This document shows, in pieces, positions 12,786 to 25,539 of a DNA stretch of 64,000 bases. The notes beneath the pieces are model-generated. The model ran no database searches, was not told the DNA's origin, and saw only the letters and a program-made list of their open reading frames with translations. Source of the stretch: Camelus ferus (taxonomy: Eukaryota); contig NC_045696.1 in assembly GCF_009834535.1 (NCBI RefSeq), positions 55,058,001 to 55,122,000 of the forward strand. The letters are read 5' to 3'. Each line of letters opens with the position of its first letter. Position 1 is the first letter of the stretch. A program made the position numbers and the translations under genes.

Positions 12786-13022
12786 ATGATGAAACTATGT
12801 ACCCAGCAAGGGGAGGGAGGGAGGAAACACTGTGAAGCCTTTGCAGAATTTATGAAAACATTTCAAAGGCACACAGCTCTAAATCTAGAACACAGGAATC
12901 TTTTGAGCCCCATCTTAGTTGAAGAGCTCCCTGATATAAAAAAGCAAACTGAAGATAATGTAGTTGGATGGTGGGGCAGCCTCCATATCATTCAGATTGC
13001 ACCCAATTCTTTGAGGAATTAA
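12786..13022 (+). pseudogene. gag: gag capsid C-terminal remnant
   Basis: ORF reads CTQQ...FAEFMKTFQRHTAL...LVEELPDIKKQ...VVGW, similar to the class I capsid C-terminal region (PDIxxK). Confidence 0.55.
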
Positions 13023-14832
13023 GTAACAACTATACTTGTCTTACAAATCTAGCATTTACAAAACCAGAAAGAAACAGTTCAAGGCCCATCTATCCTTCCT
13101 ACCAGAAACAGTTCAAGGCCCATCAATCCTTTCTACCAATCCCAAAACCTCCCCTATTCATCTCTAAAGACCTACAGATATTGTAAAAGAGCTGGACTTA
13201 GGAAAGTTGTTCTTGGTAGAACTTGCATTCTTTTGAGATTAAGTATTCTACTTAGTCTTCTCTAGGAACCAAAGGTAACTTTTTTCAGAAAAAGAAAAAA
13301 AAAAAAAGAAAAGGAAAAAAGAAAAGCTATTTTGTAAAGTAGGCCTATGAAAAATCTTAAAAGTCTCTTCCCCAAATATTGGTAAGAAGCGTTAGCCATC
13401 TGAGCAGGTAACCTTAACTTATTCCATATAACAGAAACACAATTATCTTACAAACTAGTGAGTTCTGCATTATTGTACCTGTCTTGTGACTAAAATTTTA
13501 AAACAAAAGCTGTAAGGGCTCTGCACTGTATGTTTATGTATGCTCATGTATGTACATTATAAATGTGTGGTTTTTTTCCTACCTCTTGATGGTACTGTAA
13601 AAATTAATTTGTAAAGATCTCTATTTAATTGACTTAAACAGGTGTATCTATAAATCAGGTACACTCTTGGAAATATACAGACTAATTCAAAAGTCTTTCA
13701 AGTTCATATGATTAGGATAATCTTTGGTAAACAAAAGCTAGTTTAAGTTTGTTGGTTTAATTCAAACAGGCATGTCTTCAGAGTTATCAGCCTTATATAT
13801 AACACCTTTATTCTACGTAGGTTTACTAAAAGTCAAATACACTCAATGTTATCTCTGTTACAGAATTTATCAGCAAGAAAGGTAATTTAAGATGGTTAAC
13901 TGTTTAATGTTTCATGAAATTTTTATGAGTAATCTAAGCATAATTATTAAGAACAAGTGAATTAAATAGATGTATGTAATAAAAGTTTATACATGAGTTT
14001 TTCAACAATAATCATGCTTTAGGGTATGTCTACTTAAAAATAGTTCCCCAAATATTTTTGGTAATTTGAAATCTTAAAGGTATACTAAAATAAGTTAAAT
14101 GATGGATATTCCTTGAATATCTAGGAAAATATCTTGAAAATATCTCATTTTCAAAAGAGAAAATACTAGAACATTAATTATTAAACCTATGTTTATCCAC
14201 TTTTGGCTTTCTATTACAGAGGAAATAAAAATATTTAGATCTAGTAGTAGATTTTTTTGCATTACATTGAAAAATTTACTGTAAGGAAAAATATACTCTT
14301 AGAAATTATAAGATGTATTTATAAATTTGCCAATCCACAGAACGCTAGTGTAACAGACAAGCTATAATTGTTTACTTCTTAGTTTTCACTGGGATTTAAG
14401 GATTCTAAAGGTTAAGAATGTGAATGTAATTAAAATTGCTTAGACATAATCAAGGTGAAACAAAGCAACTGCACATAAAAAGTAGGTTAGGAAAATAAAA
14501 TGACTTATTGTTCCAGAATGAGAAAGAAGAAAATCATAGGATAAAATCTAAATGAATATAAAAAAGTTGTAGGTTGGCAGAAAAGAAATATTGGGAAAGG
14601 AATTTTATGTATGGTCAAGATGGCTAAGATTGGAGTAGATTTATTTAAGTGTTTAAACAATGAAATTTTAATATCAAAAACACATTACTGCGAAATTCGC
14701 ATTTGGTTTTCTCTGTTAAAAGGGCAAAGTTTTATTGGATTATTGGTCTTCTCCTGATAAGAGATTGTTTATGCTTGTCTACCTTTTGGGTAATCTACCT
14801 AGAAAGCAATGATTTTGTTTCTATAGACATGT

Positions 14833-16245
14833 ACATATCTATCAATAATAACTTTAAATTTTAATGGACTAAATGCTCCAATCAAGAGACACAGAGTAGC
14901 TGATTGGATAAAAAAACAAAACCTATCTACATGCTTCAGAACTAAAGACAAATACAGACTGAAAGAGAGGGGATGGAAAAAGATGTTTCATGCAAATGGA
15001 AATGACAAGAAAGTGGGGTACCAATACACATATCAGACAAAACAGACTTTTTAAAAAGTCAGTAACCAAAGACAAAGAAAGGTATTATGATAATGGGATC
15101 GATATAAGAAGAAGATATTACACTCATTAACATAGACACATCCAATACAGGAGTGACTAAATATATAAAGCAAATATTAACAGATATAAAAGGAGAAATA
15201 GACAACAATACAATAATACTAGGAGACTTTGACACCCTACTTACATCAAAAGAAAGATCATCCAGAGAGAAAACCAATTAGGCAACAATGGTATTAAATG
15301 ACCAATAGATTAGTTGGACTTAATAGATACCTAGAAAACATTCTATCCCAAAACAGCAGAATACATATTCTTTTCATGTACACATGGAACATTCTCCAAG
15401 ATTGATCATATGCTATGCCACATAAGTCTCAAAAAATTTAAGAAGATAGAACTTATATTAAGCATTTTTTTTCTGACCACTATGGTATGAAACTAGAAAT
15501 CAATTAGAGAGGAAAGAATAGGAAAAACACATGGAACTAAATAACAGGTTACTAAAAAACTAGTACGTCAATAAAGAAATCAAAAAGGAAGTCAGAAAAT
15601 ACTCTAAGAAAAATAAAATTAAAATGCAAGTTTCCAAAATCTATGGGACTCAGAGAAGGCAGTTCTAAGAGGGTAGTTTATAGCAATACAGACAATACAG
15701 CAATACAGCAATACATCAAGAAACAAGAAAAATCTCAGATGAACAGCCTAACTTTGCATCTAAATGGATTAGAAAAAAGAACAAACAAAAACCAAAGTCA
15801 GCAGAAGGAAGGAAATAATAAACATCAAAAAGGAAATAAATAATATAGAGATCAAAACATAATAAGAAAGATCAATGAAGCCAAGAGGTGGTTCTTTGAC
15901 AATATAAACAAAATTGATAAACATTTAGGTAGGCTCATCAAGAAAAGCAGACTGAAATAAACAGAATAAGAAATAAAAGAGAAGAAATAACAACTGATAT
16001 GACAGAGGTACAAAAAATCATATTACAAACAGGTATATGCCAACAAATTGGAAAACCTAGAAGAAATGGACAAATTTCTAGAAACATACAGCCTTTCACA
16101 AGTAAATCAGGAAGAAACAGACAATGTGAACAGACTGATCACTAGTAGTAAAATTAAATTTATAATTTAAAAACTCCCAGCAACCAAAAGTCCACAAACA
16201 GATGGCTTCACAGGGAAATTCTACCAAACATATAAAGAACAGCTC
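14833..16245 (+). mobile_element. LINE-1 ORF2 endonuclease and linker region, disrupted
   Basis: Translates TYLSIITLNFNGLNAPIKRHRVADWIKKQ (ORF2p N-terminus); later [29 protein letters not shown]; many stops and frameshifts. Confidence 0.92.
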
Positions 16246-16404
16246 ATGCTTGCTAAAAAACTGAGACCTCACTACAGGACTATAGAACACTCCTCTCCCC
16301 CACACTCACTCAAATTATTAAAATCCTATTTATAGCAGTTCCTTTTATTCAGTACTTATGTACGACTATTGAGAAAAAATACACAAACAATTTCAAGAGA
16401 AAGA

Positions 16405-17345
16405 TTAGAAATTACAAAGAACTTCTAAAACTCAACAGTAAGAAAACAAAACACCCAATTACAAAATGAGCAGAAGACCTTCAAAGGCACCTGACCAAAG
16501 AAGATATTCACATGGCAAATAAACATATGAAACGATGCTCCACATCACATGTCATCAGGAAAATGAAAATAATGCGAATTAAAACAATGAAATACTACCA
16601 CACACTATTAGACTGACCAAAACCTGGAAAACTGATGACATGTTGGTAAAAATGTGGAGCAACTTTGGAAGATATTTGGAGATTTCTTACAAAACTAAAC
16701 ATCCTCTTACCATACAATCCAGCAATCACACTGTTTGGTATTTACCCAAAGGGGTTAAATACTTACGTCCACAGAAAAATCAGCATATGTATGTTTATAG
16801 CAGCTTTACTCATAATTGTCAAAACTAAGAAAGCACCGATATGTTCTTCAGAAAGTAAATGGATAAATAAACTGTGGTACATCTAGACACTGGAATATTA
16901 TTCAGCACTTAAAAGAAATTAGCTGTCAAGCCATAAAAAGATATGGAGGAGCCTTACATGCATATTACTAAGTGAAATAAGTCAATCTAAAAAGGCTATA
17001 TATTGTATATTTCCAACTATATAACATTCTGGAAAAGGCAAAACAGGAGAAAATAAAAAGAGGTGACTGCCAGGGGGAAGAGAGGGAGAGAGATGAATAG
17101 GTGGGAGTACAGAGGATTTTTAGGGCAGTGAAAATACTCTGCATAATATAATGATGGATATGTGTCATTATACATTTGTCCAAACCTATGGGCTGTACAA
17201 CATCAAGAGTAAACCCTAAGGTAAACTGTGGACTTTGGGTGATTATGGTGTGTCAATGTAGGATAAAAAATGTCCCCTCTGGTGAGTGATGTTAATAATT
17301 GGGGAGGCTGTGCATATGTGGGGACAGAGACTTTAGGGAAATGCT
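16405..17345 (+). mobile_element. L1MC-type 3' end
   Basis: AAACTAAACATCCTCTTACCATACAATCCAGCAATC...CATTATACATTTGTCCAAACC...GTAAACTGTGGACTTTGGGTGAT. Confidence 0.85.
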
Positions 17346-17695
17346 TACAACAGCAGTCATCACAAGGTATCCTATCAAGTACCAGATTAAGGTACTTCAT
17401 CTTTTCTTTGTTCAAACTCAGGGTTTTACTTCACTGCTGATTGTTGATTAGCATTTACAACAGCTTATATGTCAACAGAAGCCAAACTGAAACAAACGTT
17501 ATATTCTATACATACATTCATCATATTCTAAGACTCCCTGTTACTCAGTAACAATCATGACAAAACTTACACCATGATTTTTTGGAAGCCATTGTTTAAC
17601 ATATAATCCTGGTTGGTGGAGAGTTGGGATGTGTGATGTGACTCAAAAATGACTGTCTTTGGAAAAATAAACTTAAAAAATAAGGTTGCTTATGA

Positions 17696-17796
17696 TAACC
17701 TATAATGAAAAAGAATATATATATGTATAACTGAATCACCATGGTGTACACCAGAAACTAACACAACATTGTAAATCAACTATACTTCAATTAAAA
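17696..17796 (+). mobile_element. Short LINE-1 3' terminus
   Basis: TAACCTATAATGAAAAAGAATAT...ACATTGTAAATCAACTATACTTCAATTAAAA, same type as 10546-10970. Confidence 0.85.
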
Positions 17797-18775
17797 GGAT
17801 TATAATGAAATTCATAATTAAAAGAGATGGTCTCTCCCTGCATACATAAGAGTATGATGATAAGAAAAATGAGACTAGTTAATTAATGAATTAACAGATA
17901 CTCTTGACTCCATGTTAAGATGCAAAGTATGTTCCACCTTGCATTTCCCTTTAAGCTACTTTAATTCTATTAGGGGATACTCACAGATCAATCAATTAAA
18001 CCAGGTATTTTCTTCTTTCTTCTTTCACTCAGACTGCTATCCCTCTAAGAATGGACCCATAAAGAAATTATCTTGCAATCTAGATCTCCTCATGGTGAAA
18101 CTTTGTTAGTACTATAGCCAATCCTAGAATCTAGATCTCACAAAATTATGATGTCAAATAGTGTGAGCAGAAACTATAAAGTTCAGGAGATCATCAAATT
18201 GAAACTGGAGATATGAAGAATCTACATGTCCCTTAGCATTTCTATAGAAATAAGAACAAAGACAGAAAAGGTCAGCCTTTCTTGGCTGACGTGAAATCAA
18301 AAGAAATAAATTTTCAGAAATGTGGCTAGAACACTTTTACCTCTATTCAAATTGCTTCACTGTGTGGCCAAAACAGCAAAGAACTCAAATCTCTGAACAT
18401 GAGACAATTGATGTTCTACAAATTGGGTCTCTGATTGATAAATTAAGTTCAGAAAGCTGGTTATCAGATCAGGGTCTTTTCATTCAGAACCCATATCTTA
18501 TCACATTTCAGAAGATTTGTAGTCTTTGGGATAAGAAAAGGGAAAATGCAGATACTTTGTATCCTGGCATTTGTGGTAAATTTGACTCAATAGTGCCTTT
18601 TTTGGTAACATCATCAGAGATGGACAGCCTTTGTTACGTGGGTTAAAAGATGACATAATTGGTCCATCTCTTATCTTAAAAGATGACTTTCTAGAACAAG
18701 GCATGAGAAGGGTAGTGTTCAATGAGGAATCAGTCTTCTCCAGAAAACAACAGGATTGTGGGCACTTGAAGAAAG

Positions 18776-18834
18776 GATGATGATGGTGGTGGTGGTGATG
18801 GTGGTGATGATGGTGGTGATGATGGTGATGATGG

Positions 18835-18886
<52 letters not shown>

Positions 18887-18901
18887 GGTGGTGATGGTGA
18901 T
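18776..18901. repeat. Compound (GAT/GGT)n trinucleotide microsatellite, about 42 units
   Basis: Direct reading; source of the poly-His (minus) and poly-Met/Val (plus) ORFs. Confidence 0.98.
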
Positions 18902-21104
18902 CCCAAGGCTTTTTCACTGGGATTCTGTGTGTGTTTCTATTCCCAGTTTATTTTATTCCTCCAGCCATAACCCTTGGGTCAGTCTGCCCTTCTTATTTCT
19001 ATATCTAGTATAACTTAGCCATCTCCTCAGAATTGTTGGGTCCTCAAGAGTCACCTCTCAGTTCCAGTGATGATGAAGGATAAAAAGTGGTTTTGTCTGA
19101 GCTCACTTCCAGGTAAAATATTTCCTCATAATATCCCCTACTCCAAATTGATGGCATTTGTTCATTCCACCCTAATAGTAGTGATCCCAATCAATTAGCC
19201 TTTCCTTTTCCTGTACATGCAACTCTCAAGTTGGCACCTGTGAAACTCTCCCTTAATCAGTCTGTCATGGCTGTTGTCCCTCTGATCAATAAGTGCATAT
19301 TCTGCCTGGTGGTCCTAGCAGATCTCTGCCTATGTCAGTCACTCAGTCATCCTCTTTCTTCTCTAGTTTCTTCGTACTTTTTGCCCAGCTTCTCTACAGC
19401 AGCTTCCTTTGTTTTGTACTTTTCTACAGTTTCTTCCTAACGGTCCTTAAATATTTCTGAACTATACTTCTATGTAGTTCTCAAATGTGGCTATGTGAGT
19501 ATGTCATCCTGGATGACCATAGCATACTCAGGATATCGCTTTGAAAAAGAAGACCCCCTATTTCTTGAATTTCTAGTTTTTCAGGGTACAAAATAGCTTT
19601 TTCAGAATTACCTTTGTTTTTTTCACTTTATGTAACTCGTGTATCATATTACCCAGTGAGGAGTCCATTTTGAATATCAAACCTAATCTGATCTTAACTT
19701 TTCCCTCAAAAGTTTAAAGAGTTTAAATTTTGCTTCTCCCTGCTCAAGCAGAGATAGAAGAAAAAGGCAGTGGGCACCACATAGAGTCAGCAGGCAAAAG
19801 CACCCAGAGAGAGACAGCTTGAGGACCAACAAGCAGGGACAGAAGCTATTCCCGGGTATGAGTGATGGTGTGGCAGTTATTTTGCAGAGCATATTAACAG
19901 AAAGCAAAAGATCATTAGAAATCAATTAGCAAGAACATTGCTATTTCATATGCAAACTCAGGCAGTAATAGAGATTCTGACACAATTTATATCAAAGCCC
20001 TTGTTACAACGAAGTGGTCATTTCCATATAGAATATTAATGGAGCAGAAGAAGAGGCTAGCTAAGCTTGAGGGCAAGAGAAGAATTCAGAAAGTCCCAAA
20101 CAGGATGGATTCCCTTGGCATCACTAACAGTTAACTAATCGTATCAAGCCCTAACATGAGAAATTAGGAATTAATTGCCAGAATTTCTCTTTATATTGTT
20201 TGGTGATTGGTGCTGTTATTGGTCAGTTACTTGAACAAGTAATTTACAGCAGCAGGCATTAAAATAATGATGCATATTATTTTATACATTTTCTTTTCAT
20301 TTAGAACATACAAAGGCAAGTATAAATGTAATATTTACACATAGGGCCAGAGCTGATGACATTATGGGTCACAATTCTTTTCATTAATCACAGCCATAGG
20401 CATTGTCTATTTTTTTCCCATTTCATTGCCTTTAAAGTGAAACAAGAACTTAATTAAATATACTACTTGTAAAGCAACCTGATGCAAAATTCTTCCAGAG
20501 TTTACACGTCTTTTCTATCTTTTGTCTCACTCTCCTTTATCAAGTCTTACCTAAGCATTTAACTTAGCTTTTATAGAATCAAAAATAGTCTCTTTTCACA
20601 CTTTATACTTCATCAGTTTACATATTACTTAATTAAGTTACTACAATTTAATAAAAGTAAAACAATTGACAAGTTTAGGAGTAAACATAATTGACCCTTG
20701 ATTGGCACACAAATTGACTGATGGAAGAGGTGTGCTTGAGACACTGTACGAACCGGACAGGACACACTAGCTGTAAACGTCAAGTCAGCCATAGTCACTA
20801 TTCAGTGTGTTTCACCAAAAGAATAGAGAATTTCATTTAAAGCAGAGCTGAGTGAGTGCAAGTTGGTATCTATTATGTTTGGCATAAAATTTTCTCCATC
20901 TAACTTCACAGCAAAGAGTTGACGTCTTCCCTTGTATTTTGATGAAGGTTCAGCCCTATTCATGTAACCCACGTTTTCCTGGGCCACACTACCCACAAAA
21001 GGGAAAAAATTCAAGTAACAAAATGGGGTTACTCTGGCTTTGCCTCGCCGACTGAATTATTGGTTGGTTAAGTCCCATTTTATTCCTCTTAACTCTGGAA
21101 ATTC

Positions 21105-21410
21105 CTAGCCGATTACCAGTACCTTACCGATAAATACAGCCTTCCTGGAAAGCCCGTGGGAGCCTTCTGCTCTACTGCTCGCAGTGCTAGCCCGGAGGGT
21201 CCCAGACTGCCGGAGGAGGCAGTGCGCATGCCCCGGCCACTCTGGCCCCGACTCGGCAGGAGCCATCGCTGCTCCTGCGCTGATCCCTCGCTCGTGAGAC
21301 TCTCCACCCTCCGCGGTATATCGATCTCAGATCCTTCAACAGACAACTTGAGGGAGGAGGGAAAAGCAAATGCCCTTCAACCTGAATCTTATTTATCACG
21401 AAGCCGATGA
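21105..21410. promoter_or_regulatory. Small CpG island, candidate promoter or first exon
   Basis: About 19-20 CpGs in 300 bp against a CpG-poor background; NRF1-like TGCGCATGCCC at 21223-21233; minus-strand donor TCG|GTAAGG at 21128/21127; no repeat recognised. Confidence 0.6.
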
Positions 21411-22028
21411 TGCCTGAGTTTATGTCCCCTCATTTGCACTCTCTTTCTGGACCATGTACCTATTTTTGTATGCTTTCCTTCAAGAACTTCCCTCCAGATG
21501 TATGTCAGACCCTGCTTCAACTTTTTTTCATTCTAATTTATTTATTAGGCACAAAGCAGTTCTACCTTGATATCTTAGCATCTCGCAGAGATTAGAATAA
21601 TGTTTAAAAATTTAATATCACCTGCCACAGGTCTCAGGGGAGATAGGTGGGACTGAGAATAATCAGAGCAACCCTCACTGCTGCTCAAAACATCCCTTCC
21701 TCTCCCCATCTGTGAAAGCTCCTTAGCTTCACACAGAGTTAGCCAGCCTTGACTTTCTCCCCTCACCTCAGTTTCTTCCCTTAAAGCTACTGGGTCTCTA
21801 ACTCATATAGAGTCTTTTGGGGAACTTCCCTTCCCTCTTTCATCCATGAACATCACTGAGCATGACATATTGTCACAGTTTTAGCTCAGACGGTGGTGAC
21901 TCACTCTTCTCCATCAACCCTTTTTTATTCTTGATAAAGGCTTGAGTGAAAGAACTCTTGGAGGCATTGTTAGAGACAAATATAGGACCCTCGCTGGCAA
22001 TTGCAGCAAGTTTTTGTGCTTGAACAGA

Positions 22029-22496
22029 TACTGGAGAAACCCAGCGTTGGAAGGTGGTTAAAGCAGTCATAACAGATTTTATTCAGAAACGACTGCATTG
22101 GAGAAAAGAGACCTCAGTGTAGAACTGGGCTCAATTCCGAATACAACAAGCACAAGTGGGGGATTTATAGCCAAGGAGCAGGTTGGAGGCAGGAAAGGAG
22201 GGCCAGTGGATGGAAAATTACTAAGAGGAAACATCGGGGGTAGAGGAATTCTTGCTAAACTAGCAGGAGTCTTGCTGAAGGCAGGTCAGAATGATCAGAT
22301 ATCACCTGGAGGGTGGAGAGGGAGGGAGGGAGGAAATCTGCTGGGATCTTGAGGGTGAGGGATTCTCCCTAAATTGCTTAGCAGGATTCTTGTTACAACT
22401 GGGCTCTTAAGGACAAGGCTTAAGGATGTGGCCTCATTGAAAAAGGGCTCAAAGAATTCTCTTTAGAATTTGGTTGTGGGGGGAGAATCTTTGTCA
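22029..22496 (-). mobile_element. MER31/MER67-like ERV1 solo LTR
   Basis: Minus strand begins TGACAAAGATTCTC; AATAAA on minus at about 22078-22083; near-TSD CAGA/CAGG. Confidence 0.75.
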
Positions 22497-23296
22497 CAGG
22501 CAAACCTCATGAGTAGCTAATCTCCTCCTAAGACCTGCCTTAGGCCAGGTGTATTCCTATCTAGGTGAGCTACAGGTTTCATTTATAAACAGGCTATAGA
22601 TAAAACCCACATGTAAATCAATTATTGTTTTATCTGGAAGCTTCACTAATTTAGCAGCAATCAGATCAGAAAAGTCAAAGTAACACTTATAAAGGATCAT
22701 GAGTCTTCAGTTAATACAAGCCATTACAATCTGTAGGAGGAAGAAAGGAAATCACATATCTGATTCAGATATAGCAACATGAAGACAAGACTTCTAAAAG
22801 CCAAGAGCTGGTCAGAACACAGGGACACTGGAGGAAAAATGAGAGGGCTGTGACCTGGAGAGCAGCAACACTGGCTGCTGGTAAACGAGAGACATTTCCA
22901 CAGAATAAGCAGCTTCTATACCTGGCCAACTTTATCAGACTTCCAATTTCATGAACCCTATTGCTGCTCCCAGATCAGTTAAATGCATACATAAGAGATG
23001 AGAAAACCGTCAGAGAACATTGGATTTTGGTAGAATAATCAATAATTCGCAGATCTGGAGGCAATATTTTCAGCCACATGGAAACAAGAGTTATTTTTTA
23101 ACTGCATAGGAACTTTGCCAGTCACCGAAGATAAACGAGTAAGGCCAAACAGCACAGCACTGAGCTCCCTACAGCTCAGCTGTGAGGCATCATGGGAATA
23201 TTTGCAAGGAAGCAGGGGCCAGCTTCACTGGAGGCGTGCAGGGGGCCACACAGTGGGAAGGAGGGGGACAGCTGGATCACTGGTGACCCTGTAAGG

Positions 23297-23503
23297 CCGT
23301 GGTTCTTTACTGGCAGCACTTCTGCCCCCAGAAGACCATTTGGCAATTCTGGAGATATTTTTGGTAGTCACAACAGGGGGAAAGTTGCTGATCACACGTA
23401 ATGAGTAGTGGCTAGGAATCCAGCCAAACATCCTACAACGCAGCCCCACAACAAAGAAATATTTGGCCCAAAATGTCAATAGTGCTGAAGTTGAGACAGC
23501 CTG
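23297..23503. mobile_element. MER20 hAT-Charlie element
   Basis: CATTTGGCAATTCTGGAGATATTTTTGGTAGTCACAAC...GGCCCAAAATGTCAATAGTGCTGAAGTTGAGA. Confidence 0.88.
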
Positions 23504-25254
23504 TCATGATGCTACTCAGGAGGGAAAAGCGACCCAGCAACCTCTCTATCTCAGGTCATGACAGCAACCGATGATCTGTGCTAATCAAAGCCATCACTTG
23601 AGAGAGAAGAAGTGGATGTTTTCATATATATTATGACTACAAAGGGGGAAGCAAGTGGCTGATAAAAAATGTTTTACGTTTCTAGATTTCCATTGGTTGG
23701 CATAATTTTTGTTTCAAAGCATTTACCCTTTATGTTCTCTGTTGTCTTCCCCACTCCTCTCACCCCGTTAACCTTCCAGACCCCAGAAGATCTACCTGAG
23801 ATATTATTCACAATGTTCTGCAGCGTGGAGATCTGAAGATATCTGAGGTAGTTGTGGCCATTCTAATCAGAGGCAGAAGCGATCCTGTTTGATGTGGAAA
23901 CTACTGATCAAGCTTTAAGAACTTAAAATCACCCCAAACACAGTGTGAAATATGTAAGTAAAGAAACTAAAATGATGGCAGTGTTACAAGATTTCCCTTT
24001 AAATTTGCATTTCCCTCTTCTTTTCTTTGTTCTTTACCTTTTTGAGATTTTTCTCCTGTAATCATAAAATATCTCTTGCCTACAAATCACATGTATATAT
24101 GACCCATGGTTTCCAAGCCAGGTTATTCTTCAGATTAAACCAAAGCAAACAACAGAGAGGGTCTTGAAAATTACAAACATTTTATTTCCAGGTGCTACTG
24201 TGACTGTCAAACTGCTCTGTCTCTCCCAGTGATTGCTGGGCATCTCTTGGAATATCACATGTGCTCCTGTTCATTCTCACCCAACCTCCTGGTGCTCACT
24301 GAGCCCTGAGGATGCCCTGCTGACAGCTCCCCTGTGACAACACTGCCACAAAGTAGCGAACACTCCTGCCACTGTGATGGCAGTGACTCAGACCTCTGGG
24401 TGGGGGGCAATGCTGAGTGGCCATAATGTTGTTCCCAACCTCTGTTATTTTCCATTAGACCACACTGGTTTTCTCTGAAATGGACTAAGTCTATTACATG
24501 TGCCCCACTCTACACCAGCTGACTCGCAAGTCTCTGAGAATATGGTCAAGACTCTGCATTTTCTGGTGCTTCCCAGATGATCCTTGTGCACATTCAAGTG
24601 TGACAACACGTGCCCCCGACACCTCACAGAATTGTTAATAGAGTCATTTCACCATCTTTATTTGGGGGACCCTCTCTTTCAGGCACAGATCCAACGATGA
24701 TGTGATGATGACAACAACAGTCACAACAGGACACTGGGGCACAGAGATTAGGTACATTGCCTGAAGTCACACAGCTAGTAACCGGCAGTACAATGATTAG
24801 AACAACTTTTAGGTCAGAGCTCAGGGCAGGAGGTTCAACTTCTACAAAAAATACGAAGCTCCACTCACAACTACTCCTGTCTAATGACAGGGCATTGTAA
24901 CTGGACCAGACTCTTGTGTCTCTATTAACTCCTGCCTGTGTACGAGTGTCATACCAGACCCCCAAGAGCTCCTATACGCTTTATATACACGCCCTATCTT
25001 TTCTGTATCCCAGAGGTGCCATGGCTTGGGTTCAAGCTGGGGCACTCCTATCTTGCTCCACTGTCAGTCTGCACCCCAGTCCACATCCACATCCATCCTC
25101 ATCACCCAACACCCCCAGCCTACACACATCAGAATCCAGAATAGGTCAGGTTATCTCATCCGTTCAGCCTTCAATGCAAAATATACTTCTTTTGAGGCAA
25201 GCCTTGCCTCTTAATATTGCATCTAAGTGCTTCGCTACATAAGCCTGTGGGTGT

Positions 25255-25490
25255 AATGAAGTAATTAAGAGGCTTGACTCTGATTGTCTGAACTCAGATC
25301 CTGTTTCTCCCACCATCGAGCTATGAAACCTAGGGACTTAAACCTCTCTTTAAAAGTTGCCTCAACTTTGTACTTGGAATAATAAAAGTACCTACCGCAT
25401 AGAGTTGTGGTGAGAATTACATGGTTTTTTCATATAACAGACATAGAACTGTGTTTACCTTATTGATAGTCCGAGATAAATGCTAGCTAA
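25255..25490 (+). mobile_element. MIR SINE
   Basis: ACTTAAACCTCTCT...GGAATAATAAAAGTACCTACCGCATAGAGTTGTGGTGAGAATTA core. Confidence 0.75.
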
Positions 25491-25539
25491 TCTGATTAAC
25501 TTTGCAAACTGTAAATTTCCTCAGGAAAAAAAAAATAGG

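Larger units (their letters stand above)
11504..14820 (+). mobile_element. ERV1 (MER4-group-like) internal region: decayed gag, AT-rich non-coding body, 3' truncated
   Basis: Leader donor AG|GTAAGT at 11633/11634; gag remnants; ends abruptly where an L1 ORF2 fragment begins; no pol, env or 3' LTR recognisable. Confidence 0.78.

Noticed and set aside
18501..18917. 138-aa poly-histidine ORF (and the opposite poly-Met/Val ORF)
   Set aside because: Produced entirely by the GAT/GGT microsatellite; flanks show no protein-like or splice support.
19066..19100. C/D box snoRNA (GTGATGA...CTGA)
   Set aside because: Only about 35 nt between boxes and no convincing terminal stem.
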